A stretch of 64,000 nucleotides of DNA from Mobula hypostoma (taxonomy: Eukaryota), in the NCBI RefSeq assembly GCF_963921235.1, contig NC_086097.1, positions 2,170,001 through 2,234,000 of the forward strand. The letters are read 5' to 3'. The position numbers were made by a program, and so were the translations under genes. The stretch's first letter is position 1. Each line of letters opens with the position of its first letter. The notes under the pieces were generated by a model that was not told the origin of the DNA, did not search any database, and saw only the letters and a list, made by a program, of their open reading frames with translations. Below are positions 1 through 11,019 of this stretch, in pieces.

Positions 1-779
1 CCTTAGCAACACGGGTGTGCTGCTCTCACATCTGAGGTGCAATGTAGCAGAGGCATGAATCTGTAAATGTGCTTTATTTATGACTGAAGAGGCCAAGTCA
101 TTGGGTATATCTAAAGCAGAGATTGGTAAGCTCGTGATTAGTCCGAGTGTCAAAGGATACAGGGACAAGGCAGGAGAGTGGGATTGAGAGGGATAATGAA
201 TCAGCCGTGATGGAATGGCAGAGCAGACCCAATGGGCCAAATGGACTAATTTGCTCCTATGTCTTATTTTCATCTCATTAGTCATCAGGAAAAAGGTGCA
301 TGGACTCTTGTATTGGGGTTTAGTATATTTTGCTAATTGACCCCCCCCCCCCACCCCTCGGAGACTCGTATTGTTCTGGAATCCATTCCCCACTTGGTGC
401 GGCTAAAGTTCAGGGCTCACTGAGTGACCAGGTCAGGAAACCCCGGACTTAACCCACTGTGGTTTACATATTTTACCAACATAATTATTAACCTGCCTTT
501 TTAAGTTGTTTTTAAACTTTGGTAATCCAAAAAATCACGATATCCTTTGCAGCCCTGGTACATTACTCTGGGCTAGACGACACAATGAAGCATTTAGTGC
601 AGATCCATTTGAAACTGAGAGCAGAGCTTAAATGGGGCACTGTGGAGTCACCTTGAAAATAAACTGTACGAATGGCTGAAGCACAGAATTGTCAAATTAA
701 AACCACTGCTGTGTACGTACATCTACTGATGCCTCTGGACACATCTTCAGTGATGTTCCTGGAACCATCAAGTGTTTTG

Positions 780-1345
780 GGTCTTTCAACATCATACAAC
801 CTCCTCCAGGTGACCCAGCCGGGGCTGATCAGACCCCAGCTTGTGTCCAGATGGCAAGCTACTTATGACTCCATGGCTCCCCTCTTTTGAGCCACAGCCA
901 TCTTGAAGCCATCTTGAGGCCCTCTCTGCCGCATCCACACATCTGATGAACCCAAAGGAGTTGCCATTCAGCATTCAGCTCGATGTAGAACTGCCTTAGG
1001 GACTCCAGCTCCAGATTTTTCCACTGGATTTACTCCCGAATCCTTCCCCATGAGTGGGTGTAGCCACAAGGCAGCAGAGGTTTGAGATCAGAGTTTTCCT
1101 TCTAGATGAGCTGCTGACTACAGCTAATGAGCCCCATCTGCCCAAAGCGACTGATCTTATAGTGTCAGTAACCAGCCTTTGCTCCTTTTCTTGTCAGTAG
1201 AAATGGTTCTGCCACACTTAGTAGCTAAGCCACACACGAAGGCCAGGAGCTGGACTTGGTTGTCAGAGGCTATTTGAGGTGACGCCATTGAGAGCATTTA
1301 ATTGGAGCTTGTCCCCATTATCACCCCCGGCTATAACGACCTTAA
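780..1345 (-). mobile_element. Non-autonomous repeat resembling an RTE 5' UTR (related copy at about 43700-44060, +)
   Basis: Both loci share TAGAAGGAAAACTCTGAT..AAACCTC.GCTGCCTTG.GGC...ACCCACT..CGGGAGTAAA in opposite orientations. RTE assignment is from memory. Confidence 0.5.
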
Positions 1346-1886
1346 GAAACCTTAACAATATCTCACAAAATGTAGAATATGTATTGTCTATATTGAAGAG
1401 CCTTGACCTGAAATGTCGACTGTTTATTCCTTTCCATAGATGCTGTCTGACCTGCTGAGTTCCTCCAGCATTTTGTGTGTGTTACTCTAGAATATTATTT
1501 TTGCATTCAACTCCCATTACAATACGACTTTATAGATCAATTACGTTTTTATAATTTATTTAAAAATAGTTTTATTCTGGTTGAACCATCATAGAGCTTT
1601 GATTATTTGTAACCTGCTTTTAGGAGACAAGGATCAATCTGGGTCTTGGAAGTTCCCTCAAACTATTCAAACTGCAATTTTCGTGACAGTACAAATGCTT
1701 AGTGAAGGGAAAAACTGTCAATATTCAGTCTTAAGTATAGCAATCACTCTTTCCATTAGTCATTCATTTCCAATTTTGGTAACATTTTTAATTTCAAAGT
1801 GCCCGTTTTCTTGGTCTGAGAGTGTATTTAAATAACTTTAATAATATTAATAATTAATAATATCTAAATACTTTATATTTTCCCAG

Positions 1887-1970
1887 GATCACGAAGTGGA
1901 GAGCTTGGAAGAGATCGAAAGTGAACTTGAAGCAATGGCGAGGAGGTTACACCAGATGCGTAGTCGTTAA
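1887..1970 (+). CDS. CHGA: Chromogranin A, terminal coding exon (serpinin region)
   Basis: The acceptor ctttatattttcccAG is followed by DHEVESLEEIESELEAMARRLHQMRSR*. This 27-aa peptide aligns without gaps to the recalled human C-terminus DQELESLSAIEAELEKVAHQLQALRRG. It is convergent with ITPK1, as in mammals. Too short for the ORF track. Confidence 0.88.
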   Translation, partial: DHEVESLEEIESELEAMARRLHQMRSR

Positions 1971-2306
1971 ATGTGGTGCTACAAAGATTAATAATGAAGT
2001 GACTATTAGCACCTTCAAAGTACACTTTGTTTGACAAGTAATATTTTATCAAATTCATCATGAGCGCCCAAACCATCTTCTTTTTTCCCTTTGAGGTGCT
2101 ATCATATTGCTTGCTAAAATCATTTTGCTCCTTTTTATTTAGGGCAACTCTCTTTGTGCAGTAGCTGAATGAACTTTCAATATTTTACTTATGGATTAAA
2201 ATGCAATGGCTTTCTAGAACTTTATGGAACAATATGAAATTAGTATTGTGCTTGGTCACTGCCTGTACCAAGCCAAACTAATTGTACTGTATATCCAATT
2301 TATGTA

Positions 2307-2312
2307 ATTAAA
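2307..2312 (+). promoter_or_regulatory. Candidate CHGA polyadenylation signal (ATTAAA)
   Basis: ATTAAA about 340 nt after the CHGA stop, followed by T/GT-rich sequence. An alternative ATTAAA lies at 2195-2200. Confidence 0.4.
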
Positions 2313-2599
2313 ATAACTTAGCCCATGATCTCTGTATCATCTTTTCATTTTGGTGGGGGACAAAAAGAAGTTTAACATTTGGATGCTGATTGAGGAATAA
2401 CAGGAAGGCCTTGAGGGGAGGTGGTTTACTAGGCTGTTACAGGCAGTTATAAGGAAGGCTAGAATAATTATAACAAGAAAACCTGCAGATGCTGGAAATC
2501 CAGAGCAACACACACAAAATGGTGGAGGAACTCAGCAGGTCAGGCAGCATTGGTGGCCATTTTGGGCTGAGACTCCTCCTCGGGCTGAGACTCCTCCTC

Positions 2600-3035
2600 A
2601 GGCTGAGGGTAGCAGACACCAACAGAATCAACAAACTCATTCGTAAGGCCAGTGATGTTGTGGGGATGGAACTGGACTCTCTCACGGTTGTGTCTGAAAA
2701 GAGGATGCTGTCTAAGTTGCATGCCATCTTGGTCAATGTCTCCCATCCACTACCTAATGGACTGGTTGGGCACAGGAGTACATTCAGCCAGAGACTCATT
2801 CCACCGAGATGCAACACAGAGCATCATAGGAAGTCATTCCTGCCTGTGGCCATCAAACTTTACAACCCCTCCCTTGGAGGGTCAGACACCCTGAGCCAAT
2901 AGGCTGGTCCTGGACTTATTTCCTGGCATAATTTACAAATTACTATTTAATTATTTATGGTTTTATTACTATTTATGGTGCAACTGTAACGAAAACTAAT
3001 TTCCCCTGGGATCAATTAACTATGACTATGACTAT
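2600..3035 (+). mobile_element. Young Rex1/Babar-like LINE 3' fragment with (TATGAC)n tail
   Basis: Nearly identical to 25565-26088. Encodes RINKLIRKASDVVG...RKSFLPVAIKLYN. Confidence 0.85.
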
Positions 3036-3399
3036 GTGGAATCAAAAATAAAAGAGAAGGGTGAGGGGGGTACAATTTTGATCAATTAATCTTCCCTTGA
3101 ACTAGAATGAAAAGAGAGGTTAGATACAGACTGCCTTCAGGAGTTCAGAATGGGAGAGGTTGTGGCGTTCAGGCGTATCATCTGCAAGAACTCTGAACAG
3201 ATTTTCAGATACAGCATTATTTACTGCTGAGCTCTGCAGTTCTATGTTAAATGCCCCAGAGGCAGTGACTGGCAGCAGTTAATGATTACAGATGCAGGAA
3301 ATCTGATGCTTAAAGACAAGCTGCAGGAGAATATTTCCAGATGCAGGATGCATCAGCGGAGGACAGACAGAGCTCACGGAACAGAAACGCGAGGGGGTC

Positions 3400-4178
3400 T
3401 GAGATGCTGGAAATCCAGAGCAATGCACATACAATGCTGGAGGAACTCAACAGGTCAGGCAGAATCTGTGGAAATCATTTTGGGCTGAGACCCTTCTTCA
3501 AGACTGAGAAGGAAGGGGGATGATGTCGGAATAAAAAGGTGGTGGGAGGGGAAGGAGGCTAGCTAGACGGAAATAGGTGAGGCCAGGTGGGCAGGAACGG
3601 TCAAGGCTGGAGAGGGAGGAATCTGATGGGAGAGGACAGTGGACTGTAGGAGAAAGGGGAGAAGGAGGAGAGCCGGGGAAGTGATAGGCAGGTGAGAAGA
3701 CGTAAAAGGTCAGTGTGGGGAATAGAGGATGGGTCGGGGGAGAGGAATTTGTTCACCGGAAAAATAAATCAATATTCATGCCATTGGGTTGGAGGCTACC
3801 CAGATGGAATATGAGGTGTTGCTCCTCCATCCTGAGTGTGGCCTCATCTTGGCACAAGAGGCCGGGGCAGACATGTCCGAACTGGTTTGGGAATGGGAAT
3901 TAAAACATTTGGCCACCGGGAACTCCCACTTGTGGCAGATGGAGCAGAAGTGCTCGGCAAAGTGGTTCCCAATTTACCATCAGGTCTCAGCACTGTAGAG
4001 GCCACGTCAGGAGGACCAGACACAATAAACAACCCCAGCAGATTCGCAGGTGAAGTGTGGCCTCACCTGGAAGGTCTGTTTGGACGTGAGGGAGGAGGTG
4101 TATGGGCAGGTTACCACCTCGGCCGTTTGCAGTGAGAAGTGCCTGGACAGAGAGTAGTGGCGAGGGATGAATGGACAG
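3400..4178 (-). mobile_element. Degenerate Penelope-like element fragment
   Basis: Collinear with the 30454-31629 copy over the GIY-YIG region and 3' repeat, with frameshifts. Confidence 0.85.
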
Positions 4179-5669
4179 AGTTTCATCTGTGAAGGAAGAA
4201 ACAGAGCTAACCGTTCAGGCTGACTAACATTAAGCAGAACTCAATTTGTCAGGGACTGAAGGTTCACATTTTGATACCACCATCGGGCGCTCATTTACAC
4301 ACCCCCACTGGGCGATCGCCCGGACACCTCCTTCAGACGTTCGCCTGGGTTCCTGAGATGATGACTGGCCCAAATGTTCTCTTGGAAAATGAAGCTGGTG
4401 TAAGATTTGGCAATTTGGAGAACATTACAGTGCAGAGTGTCACTTACGTTGCTGGGTGCCATGATGGTTTAGCAGTTAGCGCCACGCAGATGTAAAACCG
4501 ATCAGAGTTCATTTTCTGCACAGCCTGTAAGGAGTTTGTACATCATGGGTTTCCTCCCGCTGGTCCAGTTCCCTCCCAAGTTCCAAAGGTAGACATTTAG
4601 CATTAGTGAGTTGTGGGCACTGGAGGTGTGAGAACATTTGAAGGCAGCCCAGAACAATCCTTACTGATTTGATTTGATGAAACTGCACTGTATGTTTTGA
4701 TGAGCATGTGACCAACAAAACTGATCTTTAAAATTCTCTTTAAGGGCTGCAAATCACTTTATGAGTAGCATCGATCCCATTCCTAGAAGGGATCAGTGGT
4801 TTAAGATCATAAGACAAAGGAGCAGAATTAGGCCATTTGGCCCATCGAGTCTGCTCCACCATTCTATCAAGGCTAATTTATTATCCCACTCAATCCCATT
4901 CTCCTGTTTTCTCTAATGTAACCATTAACTCCCTGATTAATCAAGAACCTATCAACCTCTGCTTTAAATATACTCAATGACTTGAGTATGTGGCAATGAA
5001 TTCCACAGATTCACCTTTCTCGAGCTGAAGAAATTCCTCCACATCTCTGTTCTATTTGTCAAACTTCCTCTTGAAAGCCAAAATGGAACCTTAAAGCTCT
5101 ACACCTGCAGGCAGCATATCCCCCCTCACTCTGCAACAATTCCAGGTTGTTTTGCACCGGAATACTGGATGTAACAAAGACCTTGGGAGCTGATTATAGT
5201 TGAGGTGATGATCTTTCCGACGAACTGGGAAGACCCGAATTGACTGCCAGGGTTCAGGAATAGTCACACAGTGTTCAGTCTCACATCACATCCCAGTTTG
5301 CTGAACTGCACTGAGGAAGAGGAGAGTTTACTTGGGGATCTCTGGGAAGAGGAGAGGATTTGAAATCCAGTGGTGAAAAATCTTCAAGAGGTTCAAGGGA
5401 TATCAGGTTTATTCAGGAGGAAATCTCAAATTTAAAGGAACAGATGGATCAAAAAGACAGAATACAATGCAGACAGAAAACAGATGCGTTGATCCTACAC
5501 ACAATATTTACAAATGGCAGCAAACCATTTTTTCACCTGACTGTTGATGCAGCTATTCGAGTCCCAAAACTGGACTTCCACAACTTCAGTACATCACAGA
5601 CAGAATGCAATCTTCTCTGAAATTATTTACTCTGATCGTAACACAGAGCTGCTGATTGTGTCCTTAATT

Positions 5670-6613
5670 ACCACATTGTTCCACAAGGGTCGGTGTTGGG
5701 ACCACTTCTTTTTATTCTGTTAATCAATGAATTTGATGATGGAATAGATGGCTTTGTTACAGATTAGGGAAAGGGACAAGCAAGTGGCAAATGAAATTCA
5801 ATGTTGGAAAATGCATGGTCATGCACTTTGGCAGTAGAAATAAATGTGCAGACTATTTTATAAACAGGGAGAAAATCCAAAGATCTGTGATGCAAAGGGA
5901 CGTGGGAGCCCGTGTGCAGAACACCCGAAAGGTTAACTTGCAGGTTGAGTCAGTGGTGAGAAAGGCAAATGCAATGTTAGCATTCATTTCAAGAGGTCTG
6001 GAATACAAGAGCAGGGATGTGATGCTGAGGCTTTATAAGGCACTGGTGAGGCCTTACCTTGAGAACTGTGAACAGTTTTGGGTTCCTCATCTCAGAAAAG
6101 ATGTGCTGGCATTGGAGAGGGTCCAGAGGAGTTTCACAAGGATGATTCCAGGAATGAAAGGGGTATCATACAAGGAATGTTTGATGGCTCTGGGTCTGTA
6201 CTTACTGGAATTTAGAAGGATGGGGGGAATCTCATTGAAATCTTTCAAATGTTGAAAGGACTAGACAGAGAAGATGTGGAAAGGATGTTTCCCAATGTGG
6301 TGCGGTGGGGGGGGGGGTGGTCTAGGACAAGTGCTCACAGCCTCAGAACAGAGGGGTAAGTCCACTTAAAACAGAGGTGCGGAGAAATTTCTTTAGCCAG
6401 AGGGTGGTGAAGTTGCGAAATTTATTACCACAGGCAGCTGTGGAGGCCAGGTAATTGGGTATATTTAAGGCAGAGACTGATAGGTTCTTGATTGGACACA
6501 GGTCAAAGGTTATAGGGAGAAGGCCGAGGAGGGGGAAAAGGATCAGCCCATGATGGAATGGTGGAGCAGACTCGATGGGCCAAATGGCCTAATTCTGCTT
6601 CCATGTCTTATGG
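5670..6613 (+). mobile_element. CR1-clade (HER1-like) LINE 3' fragment
   Basis: ORF 5791-6255 (MKFNVGKCMVMHFG...LYKALVRPYLENC...LERVQRSFTRMIPG) and the CR1 3' UTR. Confidence 0.92.
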
Positions 6614-7598
6614 AAAAATGTTTTATGTTGCAGAGATGGGAAGGGTGGAAACTGTGAGTGAGGGGTCACTGATAGGGTGATAGGATGCTGCTCTGTCTAA
6701 TCCCCTTGTTCTTCACATACTTTGCACATCATGTCTCTCTCTCCCAGCAAGATACCTTTCACCAAGCACTCTCTGATCGCGAGTGACTTTGTAACGTGTG
6801 CAATAAAGTAGGAATTCTCAGAAAATTTCTCATGTGAATATTGAGTGTTGGTGAAGAGTGAGTGTTTTGAAAGCTCTAGCAGTAAGTGTATGGAAGGATG
6901 TGCCCGTGTATGGGTGATCTGTCTAGATGGCCTGCAAACACTGTATCCTGCTACGTATGTCAATGATCAACCAGTCACCATGTCAACATAGAAAGATACC
7001 AGTGGCCCTGTGCTTGGTATCTGGAAGAATCCTATCCACTCTGTCCAGCCTTTTAACATCGTTTCACAGTCTCAGGGTAGAGGGACATCCATTCAGAACA
7101 GAGATGAGGAGGAATTTCTTCAACCAGAGACTGGTGAATCTGTGGAACTCATTGCTACGGGCGGCTGTGGAGACCAAGTCATTGAGTATATTTAAAGCAG
7201 AAGTTGATAGGTTCTTGATTAATCAGGGGGTCTAAGACTGCAGGAAAAATAAATCAGCCATGATAGAATAGCAGAGTAGACTCAATGGGCCAAATGGCTT
7301 TATTCTGCTCCTATATCTTATGGTTTAAGTACAAATGCTACAGAGAAGATACAATAGGGTTTTTTGGATACAATAGGTATTTTAAGAGGCTCCTGGATAG
7401 GTACATGGAGCTTAGAAAAATAGAGGGCTATGGGCAACCCTAGGTAATTTCTAAAGTAAGTACGTGTTTGGCACAGCATTGCGGGCCAAAGGGCCTGTAT
7501 TGTGCTGTAGGTTTTCTATGTTTCTAGTGATGGAACTGGAGAGACGTCCAGGCAGAGTGTTGTGCAGACTTAGTGGGTTGAATCTGTTGTATTTATTT

Positions 7599-8865
7599 CA
7601 GACTTCCCACGCGGCAAAAACTCATTTCAGGAAGGCAGCACCACCACCCCCCGCAACCCCATTTGACTATGAAAGAACACAACAATTTATTTGATCACAT
7701 ATTGAATCTATTTACACACATGTTTATTCCTTGTTGAGTATTTTGTTGGCAGTCTCAATGCTAATAGCTAAATGCTAATGCAAATAGCTTTTCTATTTCT
7801 TTTGCAAACTTTCCTTGTATTGTGATGTGGCTTGCTTGGGAGATTTGAGCATTTTGCCGGAAGTCTCAACCTCATTGCAGTCTGCATCAATGAATTTGTT
7901 AATTTTGCAAGACATCAGATTCACAAGTGTTTTGTGAGACAGCTGACTTCTGAATTCTGTCTTAATGTGACGCACCATGCTGAATGCCCTCTCTACATTA
8001 CAATTAGAATTTGGCAGCACCAAAAGCAGCTTCATCGACTGGCAGAGCTCTTTGAATCTCAACTGCCCTGTGCTCACAGATTTTACTTTGGACAGCTTCC
8101 CCCAGAACTCAACTGGCAAACCTTTGTAGTTTGGCACCAGTCCTTCAAGGTTAGTTGAGACATAATCCAGGACTTCCAAGTGGAGTTGTTCTCTTGTACC
8201 TGCCTGGATCACATTTGGAAATCTCTCTGTCAAAGTCAAAATCTGCTCTGGATTCACCTCATCTTAGCTCTCTGTATTGACCACTGACAGATTTTTCAAG
8301 ATTTGGTCTCTCATTGGTAATTATATATAGTCAAATAACATTAGCTATGCTAATGAATGAATGACACCTGTTAAAACTCACCTCAACTTGTCTTTTACAG
8401 TCATTTAACCCACCATGGGCAATAGAAAAGTCACTGTTGCAAACAGTGCAGCGAGCAACACTGTCATTATTTTTCACCCGTATTAGGCAGGGGTACACTT
8501 TAGTGCAGTGTGGGGTGAAGCACGTTTTATATATTTTTTTGGAACACTCTGCCATGGTGCTGCAGGACACTAAGCTGGAGGGAGGGAGGGAGAGGGAGAG
8601 GGATATCGACTATAAAGCCTGCCCACAGAGAAAACTGATAGGTCTACTTAGCACAAAGAGAGACCAACCAGGATGCTCTCTCTGTCACTCTCTCGCTACG
8701 TCTGTCACTCGCTCTCTGTGTGAGTGTGTCTCTCTCTCTCCCCCCTCGCTCGCTCTCTCTCAAAAAAATCAATTTCCGGGATATAGTATATAATTTGCGG
8801 GCGTCAGGGAGCTGATATCAATATTCAGGAGACTCCCGGAACTTCTGGGAGAGGTGGGATGTCTG
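7599..8865 (-). mobile_element. Internally deleted hAT DNA transposon
   Basis: Terminal inverted repeats CAGAC(T/A)TCCCAC (7599-7610, 8854-8865). BED-finger-like ORF 8570-8331 (ARCTVCNSDFSIAHGGLNDCKRQ). hAT C-terminal dimerisation region 8257-7793 (LLVLPNSNCNVERAFSMVRHIKTEFRSQL). Confidence 0.88.
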
Positions 8866-9555
8866 TTGTTTATTTATTTAGTGATTACAGAGTGGAACAG
8901 GCCCTTCTGGCCCTCGAAGCCACGCTACCCAGCAATCCCCGAGTTCACCTCGCTTAATTATGGGACAATTTACAATGGCCAATTAACCTACTAACTGGTA
9001 CATCTTTGAGCCGTGGGAGGAAACCGCAGCACCCGGAGGAAACCTACACATTCCACAGGATGCCCCTACACGCTCCTTAGGGATGACGTCAGAATTGAAC
9101 TCTGAACTCCGATGCCCAGAGCTGCAATAGTATTGCGCTAATCATGATGTTACCATGGCGCCCAAAAGGCCTTGTTTTGCTGTGACCACCAATGAATGAC
9201 CATTTCAGTATTTCAGCATTTAAACAGGGTTTTTAATGGATTATTAAGGACAATAAATTATGCCATATGACTCTACAAACCATCTGCTGGAAGTGCTCAG
9301 CAGCAAGTCCAGCAGTGACTGCGAGAGGAAAGTAATCATTGACGTTTCAGGTTGAAACCCTGCATCACAACTGAAGGCTGAGGTGGCTGTATAAAGAGGA
9401 AAGATGTTAACCTCGTGAGAAATCTGTACAAACACAAATCCTTAGAGTGATAGAACAATCCAGCTCAGTAGCAGGCCCTTCAGCCCATCTGGTCCATGCC
9501 TATCTAGTAACTTACCTGGTCCCATCAACCTGCACCCGATCCACATAAACCATAA

Positions 9556-10700
9556 AATATAGAAATAGGCATTTGGCCCATCGAATCTACCCCACCAATC
9601 ATGGCTGATCCTTTTTGCCCCATCCTCAGCCCCACTGCCCGTAACCTTTGATGCCGTGTCCAATCAAGAACCTATCAAGCTCTGCCTTAAATACACCCAA
9701 TGACCTGGCTGCCTATGGTAATAAAATTCCACAAATTCACCCACACTCTGGCTAAAGAAATTTCTTCGCATCTCTGTTTTAAATTTATGCCCCTCTATCC
9801 TGAGGCTGTACCCTCTTGCCCTCTTGCCCTAGATTCCCCACCATAGGAGACATCCTTTCTACATCTACGCTGTCTAGGCCTTTCAACATTTAAAAGGTTT
9901 CAATGATATCCCCTCTCATCCTTCTGAATTCCAGCAAGTACAGACCCAGAGCCATCAAACGTACCTCGTACAATAACCCTTTCATTCCTGGAATCATTCT
10001 TGTGAACCTCCTCTGGACCCTCTCCAATGCCAGCACATTTTTTCTAAGATGAGGGGCCCAAAACTGTCCACAATACTCAAGGTGAGGCCTCACCAGTGCC
10101 TTATAAAGACTCAGCATCACACCCCTGCCTTTGTATTCTAGACCTCTTGAAATGAATGCTAACCTCTAGTGTGTTCTGCACGAGGACTCCCAAGTCCCTT
10201 TGCATTTTCAGATTTTCTCCCTGTTTAGAAAATAGTCCATTCATTTATTTTTAGTACCAAAGTTCATGACCATGCGTTTTCCAGCATTGTATTTTATTTG
10301 TCATTTTCTTGTCCATCCTCCTAATCTGTCTAAGTCCTTCTGCATCCTACCTGTTTCCTCAACATTATCTACCCCTCCACCAATCTCCGTATCATCTGCA
10401 AACTTGGCAACAAAGCCATCTATTCCATCATCTAAATCATTTATATACAGCATAAAAAGAAGTTGTCCCAACGCCATCCCCTGCGGAACACCGCTAGTCA
10501 CTGGCAGCCAACCAGAAATGGATCCTCTTATTCCCATTCGCTGCCTCCTACCAATCAGCCAATGCTCTAACCTGTAACTTAGTAACTTTCCTGCAATACC
10601 ATGGGCTCTTAACTTGGTAAGCAGCCCCATGGGTGGCACCTTGTCAAAGGCCTTCTGAAAGTCCAAATATACAACATCCACTGCATCCCCTTTATCTATC
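9556..10700 (-). mobile_element. CR1-clade LINE fragment
   Basis: VVYLDFQKAFDKV, SGVPQG, KFADDT and LYKALVRPHLEYC motifs. Confidence 0.93.
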
Positions 10701-10933
10701 TAATCTGCTCAATGTACCCATCCACACTTCTCTTAAACATTGAAATTGACCTTGCATCCACCACTAGCTCTGGCAGCTCTCACCACCCTCTAAGTTTCCT
10801 TTGTGATCCCCTAAAACATTTCACCTTTCACCCTTTACCTATGACCTTTAGTTCTAGTCTCACACAACCTCAATGGAAAAAGCCTGTTGCATTTACTCTA
10901 CCTATACCCCTCATAATGTTGTACACAATTATC

Positions 10934-11019
10934 AAAGTTGCTGCCTGGCCTGCTGCGTTCACCAGCAACTTTGATGTGTGTTGCTTGAATTTCCAGCATC
11001 TGCAGAATTCCTGTTGTTT
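10934..11019 (+). mobile_element. Very short Penelope-derived insertion with a short inverted arm
   Basis: 15-bp TSD TTGTACACAATTATC (10919-10933, 11020-11034). Starts with (ATC)AAAGTTGCTG, the reverse complement of internal CAGCAACTTTGAT. Confidence 0.8.

Noticed and set aside
5360..5620. Charged ORF (IQEEISNLKEQMDQK) as a possible granin exon
   Set aside because: Downstream of the CHGA stop and candidate poly(A) signals; no recognisable homology or convincing splice sites.
7793..8570. Domesticated ZBED-like host gene
   Set aside because: Bounded by TIRs, core deleted, in-frame stop just upstream of 8257; a transposon remnant.
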